NCBI GenBank assembly: GCA_032718475.1
Contig: JAUCBJ010009124.1
Span: forward strand, 17,422 to 81,421
DNA length: 64,000 bases
Source: Nemertoderma westbladi
Taxonomy: Eukaryota > Animalia > Xenacoelomorpha
Reading direction: 5' to 3'
Position numbers and translations under genes: made by a program. How positions within the stretch are numbered: the first letter of the stretch is position 1; every line of letters starts with the position of its first letter. The notes beneath the pieces are model-generated. The model saw only the letters and a list, made by a program, of their open reading frames with translations. It had not been told where the DNA came from and made no database searches. Shown here one piece after another: positions 24,801-39,042 of this stretch.

Positions 24801-27800
24801 AATCAGTCAGACTTTCAACCGGGAGGTCACCATTTCGACCGTAATCAGTCAGACTTTCAACCGGGAGGTCACCATTTCGACCGTAATCAGTCAGACTTTC
24901 AACCGGGAGGTCACCACTTCGACCGTAATCAGTCAGACTTTCAACCGGGAGGTCACCATTTCGACCGTAATCAGTCAGACTTTCAACCGGGAGGTCACCA
25001 TTTCGACCGTAATCAGTCAGACTTTCAACCGGGAGGTCACCATTTCGACCGTAATCAGTCAGACTTTCAACCGGGAGGTCACCATTTCGACCGTAATCAG
25101 TCAGACTTTCAACCGGGAGGTCACCATTTCGACCGTAATCAGTCAGACTTTCAACCGGGAGGTCACCATTTCGACCGTAATCAGTCAGACTTTCAACCGG
25201 GAGGTCACCATTTCGACCGTAATCAGTCAGACTTTCAACCGGGAGGTCACCATTTCGACCGTAATCAGTCAGACTTTCAACCGGGAGGTCACCATTTCGA
25301 CCGTAATCAGTCAGACTTTCAACCGGGAGGTCACCATTTCGACCGTAATCAGTCAGACTTTCAACCGGGAGGTCACCATTTCGACCGTAATCAGTCAGAC
25401 TTTCAACCGGGAGGTCACCATTTCGACCGTAATCAGTCAGACTTTCAACCGGGAGGTCACCATTTCGACCGTAATCAGTCAGACTTTCAACCGGGAGGTC
25501 ACCATTTCGACCGTAATCAGTCAGACTTTCAACCGGGAGGTCACCATTTCGATCGTAATCAGTCAGACTTTCAACCGGGAGGTCACCATTTCGACCGTAA
25601 TCAGTCAGACTTTCAACCGGGAGGTCACCATTTCGACCGTAATCAGTCAGACTTTCAACCGGGAGGTCACCATTTCGATCGTAATCAGTCAGACTTTCAA
25701 CCGGGAGGTCACCATTTCGACCGTAATCAGTCAGACTTTCAACCGGGAGGTCACCATTTCGACCGTAATCAGTCAGACTTTCAACCGGGAGGTCACCATT
25801 TCGACCGTAATCAGTCAGACTTTCAACCGGGAGGTCACCATTTCGACCGTAATCAGTCAGACTTTCAACCGGGAGGTCACCATTTCGACCGTAATCAGTC
25901 AGACTTTCAACCGGGAGGTCACCATTTCGACCGTAATCAGTCAGACTTTCAACCGGGAGGTCACCATTTCGATCGTAATCAGTCAGACTTTCAACCGGGA
26001 GGTCACCATTTCGACCGTAATCAGTCAGACTTTCAACCGGGAGGTCACCATTTCGACCGTAATCAGTCAGACTTTCAACCGGGAGGTCACCATTTCGACC
26101 GTAATCAGTCAGACTTTCAACCGGGAGGTCACCATTTCGACCGTAATCAGTCAGACTTTCAACCGGGAGGTCACCATTTCGACCGTAATCAGTCAGACTT
26201 TCAACCGGGAGGTCACCATTTCGACCGTAATCAGTCAGACTTTCAACCGGGAGGTCACCATTTCGACCGTAATCAGTCAGACTTTCAACCGGGAGGTCAC
26301 CATTTCGACCGTAATCAGTCAGACTTTCAACCGGGAGGTCACCATTTCGACCGTAATCAGTCAGACTTTCAACCGGGAGGTCACCATTTCGACCGTAATC
26401 AGTCAGACTTTCAACCGGGAGGTCACCATTTCGACCGTAATCAGTCAGACTTTCAACCGGGAGGTCACCATTTCGACCGTAATCAGTCAGACTTTCAACC
26501 GGGAGGTCACCATTTCGACCGTAATCAGTCAGACTTTCAACCGGGAGGTCACCATTTCGACCGTAATCAGTCAGACTTTCAACCGGGAGGTCACCATTTC
26601 GACCGTAATCAGTCAGACTTTCAACCGGGAGGTCACCATTTCGACCGTAATCAGTCAGACTTTCAACCGGGAGGTCACCATTTCGACCGTAATCAGTCAG
26701 ACTTTCAACCGGGAGGTCACCATTTCGACCGTAATCAGTCAGACTTTCAACCGGGAGGTCACCATTTCGACCGTAATCAGTCAGACTTTCAACCGGGAGG
26801 TCACCATTTCGACCGTAATCAGTCAGACTTTCAACCGGGAGGTCACCATTTCGACCGTAATCAGTCAGACTTTCAACCGGGAGGTCACCATTTCGACCGT
26901 AATCAGTCAGACTTTCAACCGGGAGGTCACCATTTCGACCGTAATCAGTCAGACTTTCAACCGGGAGGTCACCATTTCGACCGTAATCAGTCAGACTTTC
27001 AACCGGGAGGTCACCATTTCGACCGTAATCAGTCAGACTTTCAACCGGGAGGTCACCATTTCGACCGTAATCAGTCAGACTTTCAACCGGGAGGTCACCA
27101 TTTCGACCGTAATCAGTCAGACTTTCAACCGGGAGGTCACCATTTCGACCGTAATCAGTCAGACTTTCAACCGGGAGGTCACCATTTCGACCGTAATCAG
27201 TCAGACTTTCAACCGGGAGGTCACCATTTCGACCGTAATCAGTCAGACTTTCAACCGGGAGGTCACCATTTCGACCGTAATCAGTCAGACTTTCAACCGG
27301 GAGGTCACCATTTCGACCGTAATCAGTCAGACTTTCAACCGGGAGGTCACCATTTCGACCGTAATCAGTCAGACTTTCAACCGGGAGGTCACCATTTCGA
27401 CCGTAATCAGTCAGACTTTCAACCGGGAGGTCACCATTTCGACCGTAATCAGTCAGACTTTCAACCGGGAGGTCACCATTTCGACCGTAATCAGTCAGAC
27501 TTTCAACCGGGAGGTCACCATTTCGACCGTAATCAGTCAGACTTTCAACCGGGAGGTCACCATTTCGACCGTAATCAGTCAGACTTTCAACCGGGAGGTC
27601 ACCATTTCGACCGTAATCAGTCAGACTTTCAACCGGGAGGTCACCATTTCGACCGTAATCAGTCAGACTTTCAACCGGGAGGTCACCATTTCGACCGTAA
27701 TCAGTCAGACTTTCAACCGGGAGGTCACCATTTCGACCGTAATCAGTCAGACTTTCAACCGGGAGGTCACCATTTCGACCGTAATCAGTCAGACTTTCAA

Positions 27801-30800
27801 CCGGGAGGTCACCATTTCGACCGTAATCAGTCAGACTTTCAACCGGGAGGTCACCATTTCGACCGTAATCAGTCAGACTTTCAACCGGGAGGTCACCATT
27901 TCGACCGTAATCAGTCAGACTTTCAACCGGGAGGTCACCATTTCGACCGTAATCAGTCAGACTTTCAACCGGGAGGTCACCATTTCGACCGTAATCAGTC
28001 AGACTTTCAACCGGGAGGTCACCATTTCGATCGTAATCAGTCAGACTTTCAACCGGGAGGTCACCATTTCGACCGTAATCAGTCAGACTTTCAACCGGGA
28101 GGTCACCATTTCGACCGTAATCAGTCAGACTTTCAACCGGGAGGTCACCATTTCGACCGTAATCAGTCAGACTTTCAACCGGGAGGTCACCATTTCGACC
28201 GTAATCAGTCAGACTTTCAACCGGGAGGTCACCATTTCGACCGTAATCAGTCAGACTTTCAACCGGGAGGTCACCATTTCGACCGTAATCAGTCAGACTT
28301 TCAACCGGGAGGTCACCATTTCGACCGTAATCAGTCAGACTTTCAACCGGGAGGTCACCATTTCGATCGTAATCAGTCAGACTTTCAACCGGGAGGTCAC
28401 CATTTCGACCGTAATCAGTCAGACTTTCAACCGGGAGGTCACCATTTCGACCGTAATCAGTCAGACTTTCAACCGGGAGGTCACCATTTCGACCGTAATC
28501 AGTCAGACTTTCAACCGGGAGGTCACCATTTCGACCGTAATCAGTCAGACTTTCAACCGGGAGGTCACCATTTCGACCGTAATCAGTCAGACTTTCAACC
28601 GGGAGGTCACCATTTCGACCGTAATCAGTCAGACTTTCAACCGGGAGGTCACCATTTCGACCGTAATCAGTCAGACTTTCAACCGGGAGGTCACCATTTC
28701 GATCGTAATCAGTCAGACTTTCAACCGGGAGGTCACCATTTCGACCGTAATCAGTCAGACTTTCAACCGGGAGGTCACCATTTCGACCGTAATCAGTCAG
28801 ACTTTCAACCGGGAGGTCACCATTTCGACCGTAATCAGTCAGACTTTCAACCGGGAGGTCACCATTTCGATCCGTAATCAGNNNNNNNNNNNNNNNNNNN
28901 NNNNNNNNNNNNNNNNNNNNNNNNNNNNNNNNNNNNNNNNNNNNNNNNNNNNNNNNNNNNNNNNNNNNNNNNNNNNNNNNNTCACCATTTCGACCGTAAT
29001 CAGTCAGACTTTCAACCGGGAGGTCACCATTTCGACCGTAATCAGTCAGACTTTCAACCGGGAGGTCACCATTTCGACCGTAATCAGTCAGACTTTCAAC
29101 CGGGAGGTCACCATTTCGACCGTAATCAGTCAGACTTTCAACCGGGAGGTCACCATTTCGACCGTAATCAGTCAGACTTTCAACCGGGAGGTCACCATTT
29201 CGACCGTAATCAGTCAGACTTTCAACCGGGAGGTCACCATTTCGACCGTAATCAGTCAGACTTTCAACCGGGAGGTCACCATTTCGACCGTAATCAGTCA
29301 GACTTTCAACCGGGAGGTCACCATTTCGACCGTAATCAGTCAGACTTTCAACCGGGAGGTCACCATTTCGACCGTAATCAGTCAGACTTTCAACCGGGAG
29401 GTCACCATTTCGACCGTAATCAGTCAGACTTTCAACCGGGAGGTCACCATTTCGACCGTAATCAGTCAGACTTTCAACCGGGAGGTCACCATTTCGACCG
29501 TAATCAGTCAGACTTTCAACCGGGAGGTCACCATTTCGACCGTAATCAGTCAGACTTTCAACCGGGAGGTCACCATTTCGACCGTAATCAGTCAGACTTT
29601 CAACCGGGAGGTCACCATTTCGACCGTAATCAGTCAGACTTTCAACCGGGAGGTCACCATTTCGACCGTAATCAGTCAGACTTTCAACCGGGAGGTCACC
29701 ATTTCGACCGTAATCAGTCAGACTTTCAACCGGGAGGTCACCATTTCGACCGTAATCAGTCAGACTTTCAACCGGGAGGTCACCATTTCGACCGTAATCA
29801 GTCAGACTTTCAACCGGGAGGTCACCATTTCGACCGTAATCAGTCAGACTTTCAACCGGGAGGTCACCATTTCGACCGTAATCAGTCAGACTTTCAACCG
29901 GGAGGTCACCATTTCGACCGTAATCAGTCAGACTTTCAACCGGGAGGTCACCATTTCGACCGTAATCAGTCAGACTTTCAACCGGGAGGTCACCATTTCG
30001 ACCGTAATCAGTCAGACTTTCAACCGGGAGGTCACCATTTCGACCGTAATCAGTCAGACTTTCAACCGGGAGGTCACCATTTCGACCGTAATCAGTCAGA
30101 CTTTCAACCGGGAGGTCACCATTTCGACCGTAATCAGTCAGACTTTCAACCGGGAGGTCACCATTTCGACCGTAATCAGTCAGACTTTCAACCGGGAGGT
30201 CACCATTTCGACCGTAATCAGTCAGACTTTCAACCGGGAGGTCACCATTTCGACCGTAATCAGTCAGACTTTCAACCGGGAGGTCACCATTTCGACCGTA
30301 ATCAGTCAGACTTTCAACCGGGAGGTCACCATTTCGACCGTAATCAGTCAGACTTTCAACCGGGAGGTCACCATTTCGACCGTAATCAGTCAGACTTTCA
30401 ACCGGGAGGTCACCATTTCGACCGTAATCAGTCAGACTTTCAACCGGGAGGTCACCATTTCGACCGTAATCAGTCAGACTTTCAACCGGGAGGTCACCAT
30501 TTCGACCGTAATCAGTCAGACTTTCAACCGGGAGGTCACCATTTCGACCGTAATCAGTCAGACTTTCAACCGGGAGGTCACCATTTCGACCGTAATCAGT
30601 CAGACTTTCAACCGGGAGGTCACCATTTCGACCGTAATCAGTCAGACTTTCAACCGGGAGGTCACCATTTCGACCGTAATCAGTCAGACTTTCAACCGGG
30701 AGGTCACCATTTCGACCGTAATCAGTCAGACTTTCAACCGGGAGGTCACCATTTCGACCGTAATCAGTCAGACTTTCAACCGGGAGGTCACCATTTCGAC

Positions 30801-33800
30801 CGTAATCAGTCAGACTTTCAACCGGGAGGTCACCATTTCGATCGTAATCAGTCAGACTTTCAACCGGGAGGTCACCATTTCGATCGTAATCAGTCAGACT
30901 TTCAACCGGGAGGTCACCATTTCGACCGTAATCAGTCAGACTTTCAACCGGGAGGTCACCATTTCGACCGTAATCAGTCAGACTTTCAACCGGGAGGTCA
31001 CCATTTCGACCGTAATCAGTCAGACTTTCAACCGGGAGGTCACCATTTCGACCGTAATCAGTCAGACTTTCAACCGGGAGGTCACCATTTCGACCGTAAT
31101 CAGTCAGACTTTCAACCGGGAGGTCACCATTTCGACCGTAATCAGTCAGACTTTCAACCGGGAGGTCACCATTTCGACCGTAATCAGTCAGACTTTCAAC
31201 CGGGAGGTCACCATTTCGACCGTAATCAGTCAGACTTTCAACCGGGAGGTCACCATTTCGACCGTAATCAGTCAGACTTTCAACCGGGAGGTCACCATTT
31301 CGACCGTAATCAGTCAGACTTTCAACCGGGAGGTCACCATTTCGACCGTAATCAGTCAGACTTTCAACCGGGAGGTCACCATTTCGACCGTAATCAGTCA
31401 GACTTTCAACCGGGAGGTCACCATTTCGACCGTAATCAGTCAGACTTTCAACCGGGAGGTCACCATTTCGACCGTAATCAGTCAGACTTTCAACCGGGAG
31501 GTCACCATTTCGACCGTAATCAGTCAGACTTTCAACCGGGAGGTCACCATTTCGACCGTAATCAGTCAGACTTTCAACCGGGAGGTCACCATTTCGACCG
31601 TAATCAGTCAGACTTTCAACCGGGAGGTCACCATTTCGACCGTAATCAGTCAGACTTTCAACCGGGAGGTCACCATTTCGACCGTAATCAGTCAGACTTT
31701 CAACCGGGAGGTCACCATTTCGACCGTAATCAGTCAGACTTTCAACCGGGAGGTCACCATTTCGACCGTAATCAGTCAGACTTTCAACCGGGAGGTCACC
31801 ATTTCGACCGTAATCAGTCAGACTTTCAACCGGGAGGTCACCATTTCGACCGTAATCAGTCAGACTTTCAACCGGGAGGTCACCATTTCGACCGTAATCA
31901 GTCAGACTTTCAACCGGGAGGTCACCATTTCGACCGTAATCAGTCAGACTTTCAACCGGGAGGTCACCATTTCGACCGTAATCAGTCAGACTTTCAACCG
32001 GGAGGTCACCATTTCGACCGTAATCAGTCAGACTTTCAACCGGGAGGTCACCATTTCGACCGTAATCAGTCAGACTTTCAACCGGGAGGTCACCATTTCG
32101 ACCGTAATCAGTCAGACTTTCAACCGGGAGGTCACCATTTCGACCGTAATCAGTCAGACTTTCAACCGGGAGGTCACCATTTCGACCGTAATCAGTCAGA
32201 CTTTCAACCGGGAGGTCACCATTTCGACCGTAATCAGTCAGACTTTCAACCGGGAGGTCACCATTTCGACCGTAATCAGTCAGACTTTCAACCGGGAGGT
32301 CACCATTTCGACCGTAATCAGTCAGACTTTCAACCGGGAGGTCACCATTTCGACCGTAATCAGTCAGACTTTCAACCGGGAGGTCACCATTTCGACCGTA
32401 ATCAGTCAGACTTTCAACCGGGAGGTCACCATTTCGACCGTAATCAGTCAGACTTTCAACCGGGAGGTCACCATTTCGACCGTAATCAGTCAGACTTTCA
32501 ACCGGGAGGTCACCATTTCGACCGTAATCAGTCAGACTTTCAACCGGGAGGTCACCATTTCGACCGTAATCAGTCAGACTTTCAACCGGGAGGTCACCAT
32601 TTCGACCGTAATCAGTCAGACTTTCAACCGGGAGGTCACCATTTCGACCGTAATCAGTCAGACTTTCAACCGGGAGGTCACCATTTCGACCGTAATCAGT
32701 CAGACTTTCAACCGGGAGGTCACCATTTCGACCGTAATCAGTCAGACTTTCAACCGGGAGGTCACCATTTCGACCGTAATCAGTCAGACTTTCAACCGGG
32801 AGGTCACCATTTCGACCGTAATCAGTCAGACTTTCAACCGGGAGGTCACCATTTCGACCGTAATCAGTCAGACTTTCAACCGGGAGGTCACCATTTCGAC
32901 CGTAATCAGTCAGACTTTCAACCGGGAGGTCACCATTTCGACCGTAATCAGTCAGACTTTCAACCGGGAGGTCACCATTTCGACCGTAATCAGTCAGACT
33001 TTCAACCGGGAGGTCACCATTTCGACCGTAATCAGTCAGACTTTCAACCGGGAGGTCACCATTTCGACCGTAATCAGTCAGACTTTCAACCGGGAGGTCA
33101 CCATTTCGACCGTAATCAGTCAGACTTTCAACCGGGAGGTCACCATTTCGACCGTAATCAGTCAGACTTTCAACCGGGAGGTCACCATTTCGACCGTAAT
33201 CAGTCAGACTTTCAACCGGGAGGTCACCATTTCGACCGTAATCAGTCAGACTTTCAACCGGGAGGTCACCATTTCGACCGTAATCAGTCAGACTTTCAAC
33301 CGGGAGGTCACCATTTCGACCGTAATCAGTCAGACTTTCAACCGGGAGGTCACCATTTCGACCGTAATCAGTCAGACTTTCAACCGGGAGGTCACCATTT
33401 CGACCGTAATCAGTCAGACTTTCAACCGGGAGGTCACCATTTCGACCGTAATCAGTCAGACTTTCAACCGGGAGGTCACCATTTCGACCGTAATCAGTCA
33501 GACTTTCAACCGGGAGGTCACCATTTCGACCGTAATCAGTCAGACTTTCAACCGGGAGGTCACCATTTCGACCGTAATCAGTCAGACTTTCAACCGGGAG
33601 GTCACCATTTCGACCGTAATCAGTCAGACTTTCAACCGGGAGGTCACCATTTCGACCGTAATCAGTCAGACTTTCAACCGGGAGGTCACCATTTCGACCG
33701 TAATCAGTCAGACTTTCAACCGGGAGGTCACCATTTCGACCGTAATCAGTCAGACTTTCAACCGGGAGGTCACCATTTCGACCGTAATCAGTCAGACTTT

Positions 33801-36800
33801 CAACCGGGAGGTCACCATTTCGACCGTAATCAGTCAGACTTTCAACCGGGAGGTCACCATTTCGACCGTAATCAGTCAGACTTTCAACCGGGAGGTCACC
33901 ATTTCGACCGTAATCAGTCAGACTTTCAACCGGGAGGTCACCATTTCGACCGTAATCAGTCAGACTTTCAACCGGGAGGTCACCATTTCGACCGTAATCA
34001 GTCAGACTTTCAACCGGGAGGTCACCATTTCGACCGTAATCAGTCAGACTTTCAACCGGGAGGTCACCATTTCGACCGTAATCAGTCAGACTTTCAACCG
34101 GGAGGTCACCATTTCGACCGTAATCAGTCAGACTTTCAACCGGGAGGTCACCATTTCGACCGTAATCAGTCAGACTTTCAACCGGGAGGTCACCATTTCG
34201 ACCGTAATCAGTCAGACTTTCAACCGGGAGGTCACCATTTCGACCGTAATCAGTCAGACTTTCAACCGGGAGGTCACCATTTCGACCGTAATCAGTCAGA
34301 CTTTCAACCGGGAGGTCACCATTTCGACCGTAATCAGTCAGACTTTCAACCGGGAGGTCACCATTTCGACCGTAATCAGTCAGACTTTCAACCGGGAGGT
34401 CACCATTTCGACCGTAATCAGTCAGACTTTCAACCGGGAGGTCACCATTTCGACCGTAATCAGTCAGACTTTCAACCGGGAGGTCACCATTTCGACCGTA
34501 ATCAGTCAGACTTTCAACCGGGAGGTCACCATTTCGACCGTAATCAGTCAGACTTTCAACCGGGAGGTCACCATTTCGACCGTAATCAGTCAGACTTTCA
34601 ACCGGGAGGTCACCATTTCGACCGTAATCAGTCAGACTTTCAACCGGGAGGTCACCATTTCGACCGTAATCAGTCAGACTTTCAACCGGGAGGTCACCAT
34701 TTCGACCGTAATCAGTCAGACTTTCAACCGGGAGGTCACCATTTCGACCGTAATCAGTCAGACTTTCAACCGGGAGGTCACCATTTCGACCGTAATCAGT
34801 CAGACTTTCAACCGGGAGGTCACCATTTCGACCGTAATCAGTCAGACTTTCAACCGGGAGGTCACCATTTCGACCGTAATCAGTCAGACTTTCAACCGGG
34901 AGGTCACCATTTCGACCGTAATCAGTCAGACTTTCAACCGGGAGGTCACCATTTCGACCGTAATCAGTCAGACTTTCAACCGGGAGGTCACCATTTCGAC
35001 CGTAATCAGTCAGACTTTCAACCGGGAGGTCACCATTTCGACCGTAATCAGTCAGACTTTCAACCGGGAGGTCACCATTTCGACCGTAATCAGTCAGACT
35101 TTCAACCGGGAGGTCACCATTTCGACCGTAATCAGTCAGACTTTCAACCGGGAGGTCACCATTTCGACCGTAATCAGTCAGACTTTCAACCGGGAGGTCA
35201 CCATTTCGACCGTAATCAGTCAGACTTTCAACCGGGAGGTCACCATTTCGACCGTAATCAGTCAGACTTTCAACCGGGAGGTCACCATTTCGACCGTAAT
35301 CAGTCAGACTTTCAACCGGGAGGTCACCATTTCGACCGTAATCAGTCAGACTTTCAACCGGGAGGTCACCATTTCGACCGTAATCAGTCAGACTTTCAAC
35401 CGGGAGGTCACCATTTCGACCGTAATCAGTCAGACTTTCAACCGGGAGGTCACCATTTCGACCGTAATCAGTCAGACTTTCAACCGGGAGGTCACCATTT
35501 CGACCGTAATCAGTCAGACTTTCAACCGGGAGGTCACCATTTCGACCGTAATCAGTCAGACTTTCAACCGGGAGGTCACCATTTCGACCGTAATCAGTCA
35601 GACTTTCAACCGGGAGGTCACCATTTCGACCGTAATCAGTCAGACTTTCAACCGGGAGGTCACCATTTCGACCGTAATCAGTCAGACTTTCAACCGGGAG
35701 GTCACCATTTCGACCGTAATCAGTCAGACTTTCAACCGGGAGGTCACCATTTCGACCGTAATCAGTCAGACTTTCAACCGGGAGGTCACCATTTCGACCG
35801 TAATCAGTCAGACTTTCAACCGGGAGGTCACCATTTCGACCGTAATCAGTCAGACTTTCAACCGGGAGGTCACCATTTCGACCGTAATCAGTCAGACTTT
35901 CAACCGGGAGGTCACCATTTCGACCGTAATCAGTCAGACTTTCAACCGGGAGGTCACCATTTCGACCGTAATCAGTCAGACTTTCAACCGGGAGGTCACC
36001 ATTTCGACCGTAATCAGTCAGACTTTCAACCGGGAGGTCACCATTTCGACCGTAATCAGTCAGACTTTCAACCGGGAGGTCACCATTTCGACCGTAATCA
36101 GTCAGACTTTCAACCGGGAGGTCACCATTTCGATCGTAATCAGTCAGACTTTCAACCGGGAGGTCACCATTTCGACCGTAATCAGTCAGACTTTCAACCG
36201 GGAGGTCACCATTTCGACCGTAATCAGTCAGACTTTCAACCGGGAGGTCACCATTTCGACCGTAATCAGTCAGACTTTCAACCGGGAGGTCACCATTTCG
36301 ACCGTAATCAGTCAGACTTTCAACCGGGAGGTCACCATTTCTATCGTAATCAGTCAGACTTTCAACCGGGAGGTCACCATTTCGACCGTAATCAGTCAGA
36401 CTTTCAACCGGGAGGTCACCATTTCGACCGTAATCAGTCAGACTTTCAACCGGGAGGTCACCATTTCGACCGTAATCAGTCAGACTTTCAACCGGGAGGT
36501 CACCATTTCGACCGTAATCAGTCAGACTTTCAACCGGGAGGTCACCATTTCGACCGTAATCAGTCAGACTTTCAACCGGGAGGTCACCATTTCGACCGTA
36601 ATCAGTCAGACTTTCAACCGGGAGGTCACCATTTCGACCGTAATCAGTCAGACTTTCAACCGGGAGGTCACCATTTCGACCGTAATCAGTCAGACTTTCA
36701 ACCGGGAGGTCACCATTTCGACTGTAATCAGTCAGACTTTCAACCGGGAGGTCACCATTTCGACCGTAATCAGTCAGACTTTCAACCGGGAGGTCACCAT

Positions 36801-37395
36801 TTCGACCGTAATCAGTCAGACTTTCAACCGGGAGGTCACCATTTCGACCGTAATCAGTCAGACTTTCAACCGGGAGGTCACCATTTCGACCGTAATCAGT
36901 CAGACTTTCAACCGGGAGGTCACCATTTTGACCGTAATCAGTCAGACTTTCAACCGGGAGGTCACCATTTCGACCGTAATCAGTCAGACTTTCAACCGGG
37001 AGGTCACCATTTCGACCGTAATCAGTCAGACTTTCAACCGGGAGGTCACCATTTCGACCGTAATCAGTCAGACTTTCAACCGGGAGGTCACCATTTCGAC
37101 CGTAATCAGTCAGACTTTCAACCGGGAGGTCACCATTTCGACCGTAATCAGTCAGACTTTCAACCGGGAGGTCACCATTTCGACCGTAATCAGTCAGACT
37201 TTCAACCGGGAGGTCACCATTTCGACCGTAATCAGTCAGACTTTCAACCGGGAGGTCACCATTTCGACCGTAATCAGTCAGACTTTCAACCGGGAGGTCA
37301 CCATTTCGACCGTAATCAGTCAGACTTTCAACCGGGAGGTCACCATTTCGACCGTAATCAGTCAGACTTTCAACCGGGAGGTCACCATTTCGATC
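21829..37395. repeat. 42-bp intronic satellite, at least ~365 copies, nearly homogeneous; contains a 100-N assembly gap (28882-28981)
   Basis: Unit CTTTCAACCGGGAGGTCACCATTTCGACCGTAATCAGTCAGA read directly. Confidence 0.98.
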
Positions 37396-37447
37396 CCACC
37401 TGGACATCATTGCCGATTTTGCAATGCTGGCCACAATAAAAGTTATA
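37396..37447 (+). mobile_element. Outer end of an arm of the 20194-20846 element family, contiguous with the last 42-bp satellite unit
   Basis: CCACCTGGACATCATTGCCGATTTTGCAATGCTGGCCACAATAAAAGTTATA versus 20792-20845 CCACCTGGACGTCATTGCCGACTTTGCAAAAGCTGTGCCCAACAAAAAGTTATA. Confidence 0.85.
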
Positions 37448-37538
37448 TATGATCTTACAGCATAATATATTAAGATACGATAATAACCTATTGCATGCCT
37501 GTTGATGAAAATGGAACGATATAAGTTCCATTTAGGAA

Positions 37539-37775
37539 GGCGGGGTAGCTCAGTTGGTTGAGCGCCGGGCCTGCTATCTATTGGTTGTTGGTTCAGCTCC
37601 GCCAGGGTCCACTCAGCCTTTCATCCACTGGGGTCGATAAAATGAGTACCAGTTAAATAACTGGGAGCAAAACTTGGGATAGTAGTAGCGCCCACCCCTA
37701 CCCTCGGGTAGCAGCTATCGAAAGAGGAGCCTTCGGGGCGCCTCCGGCTTCGGCCGACTGTTTGCTTGCTTATTT
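37539..37775 (+). mobile_element. tRNA-derived SINE, apparently full length
   Basis: A-box GTAGCTCAGTTGGTTGAGCG; B-box-like GGTTCAGCTCC; middle body CACTCAGCCTTTCATCC...GGTCGATAAAATGAGTACCAG (resembles conserved SINE bodies); simple-repeat tail; second copy at 52692-52864. Confidence 0.8.
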
Positions 37776-38057
37776 AAGTTTAAGTTTTATATATTTAATA
37801 ATACGAATACGAGAATATATAGTGGAAAAATATGGCGGAGAATGATATATGTCATAATATTTTATAAGTTTTTTAAACTATATTTCCTACATGAGATTTC
37901 CAGTTTAGTTGCCATGGTATATAAATTTAAATGTTATTTTATTCCATATTATCAAACATTTATAAACGGAGCAAAGCAAGGTGTAAGTTATACTCTATGC
38001 AATAAATAAGTATTTTATTATTTATTATAAGTATTTATTAATTTAATATATATGTAC

Positions 38058-38264
38058 CTCTGTAAGTATTCAAAAGAGCGGCAAAGTTAGACCCATCTAT
38101 ATCAGCAGGGGAAGTCCATGAGTACCAGGGCACGTTGATGTGGTCTGGGTTACTAAGATCCAACGGGGACCATTTGGTTCCGTATTGGCCTTGGTCTTCG
38201 TCCTTTACTGTATATCCCGGGGCGCAATCTTTACCAAGTTCTTTCAATAACGGTTCACAAAGCC
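38058..38264 (-). CDS. PKD1-like exon 10 (TOP domain)
   Basis: atccag|GG CTT TGT...AGA G|gtacat; GLCEPLLKELGKDCAPGYTVKDED...LLNTYR, joining the next exon as YRGGGY. Confidence 0.9.
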
Positions 38265-38473
38265 CTGGATTTTACACAATTAATTATAATATTGATTGTC
38301 ATATAAAGCGCCTGGAATGACTCTACTGTACTCTATGTCCTACTGTAACAGTCAGTCTGACATGCCATATCAGGTTGGTGACGCTGACGCTAAGCTAATG
38401 TACCTGAAGCACCATGTTGAGCTGACCATCACAGCTACTACTGTAGATGAAGTAAGCCTACTGTGCCACAAGT

Positions 38474-39042
38474 ACGGATCCAAGTTGGATGTTGGACGGA
38501 TCCAAGTTGGATGTTGGACGGATCCAAGTGGGATGTTGGACGGATCCAAGTTGGATGTTGGACGGATCCAAGTTGGATGTTGGACGGATCCAAGTTGGAT
38601 GTTGGACGGATCCAAGTTGGATGTTGGACGGATCCAAGTTGGATGTTGGACGGATCCAAGTGGGATGTTGGACGGATCCAAGTTGGATGTTGGACGGATC
38701 CAAGTTGGATGTTGGACGGATCCAAGTTGGATGTTGGACGGATCCAAGTTGGATGTTGGACGGATCCAAGTTGGATGTTGGACGGATCCAAGTTGGATGT
38801 TGGACGGATCCAAGTTGGATGTTGGACGGATCCAAGTTGGATGTTGGACGGATCCAAGTGGGATGTTGGACGGATCCAAGTTGGATGTTGGACGGATCCA
38901 AGTGGGATGTTGGACGGATCCAAGTTGGATGTTGGACGGATCCAAGTTGGATGTTGGACGGATCCAAGTGGGATGTTGGACGGATCCAAGTTGGATGTTG
39001 GACGGATCCAAGTTGGATGTGGGACGGATCCAAGTTGGATGT
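38474..39042. repeat. 22-bp minisatellite, ~26 copies, with an internal palindrome
   Basis: Unit ACGGATCCAAGTTGGATGTTGG; ATCCAA-G-TTGGAT inverted repeat. Confidence 0.95.

Noticed and set aside
21735-37452. Giant ORFs (2380, 5212 and 5213 aa) of 14-aa repeats on both strands
   Set aside because: The 42-bp unit is a multiple of 3 and stop-free in three frames by chance. It is intronic, traceable to a non-coding tRNA-like element, open on both strands, and spans an N gap.
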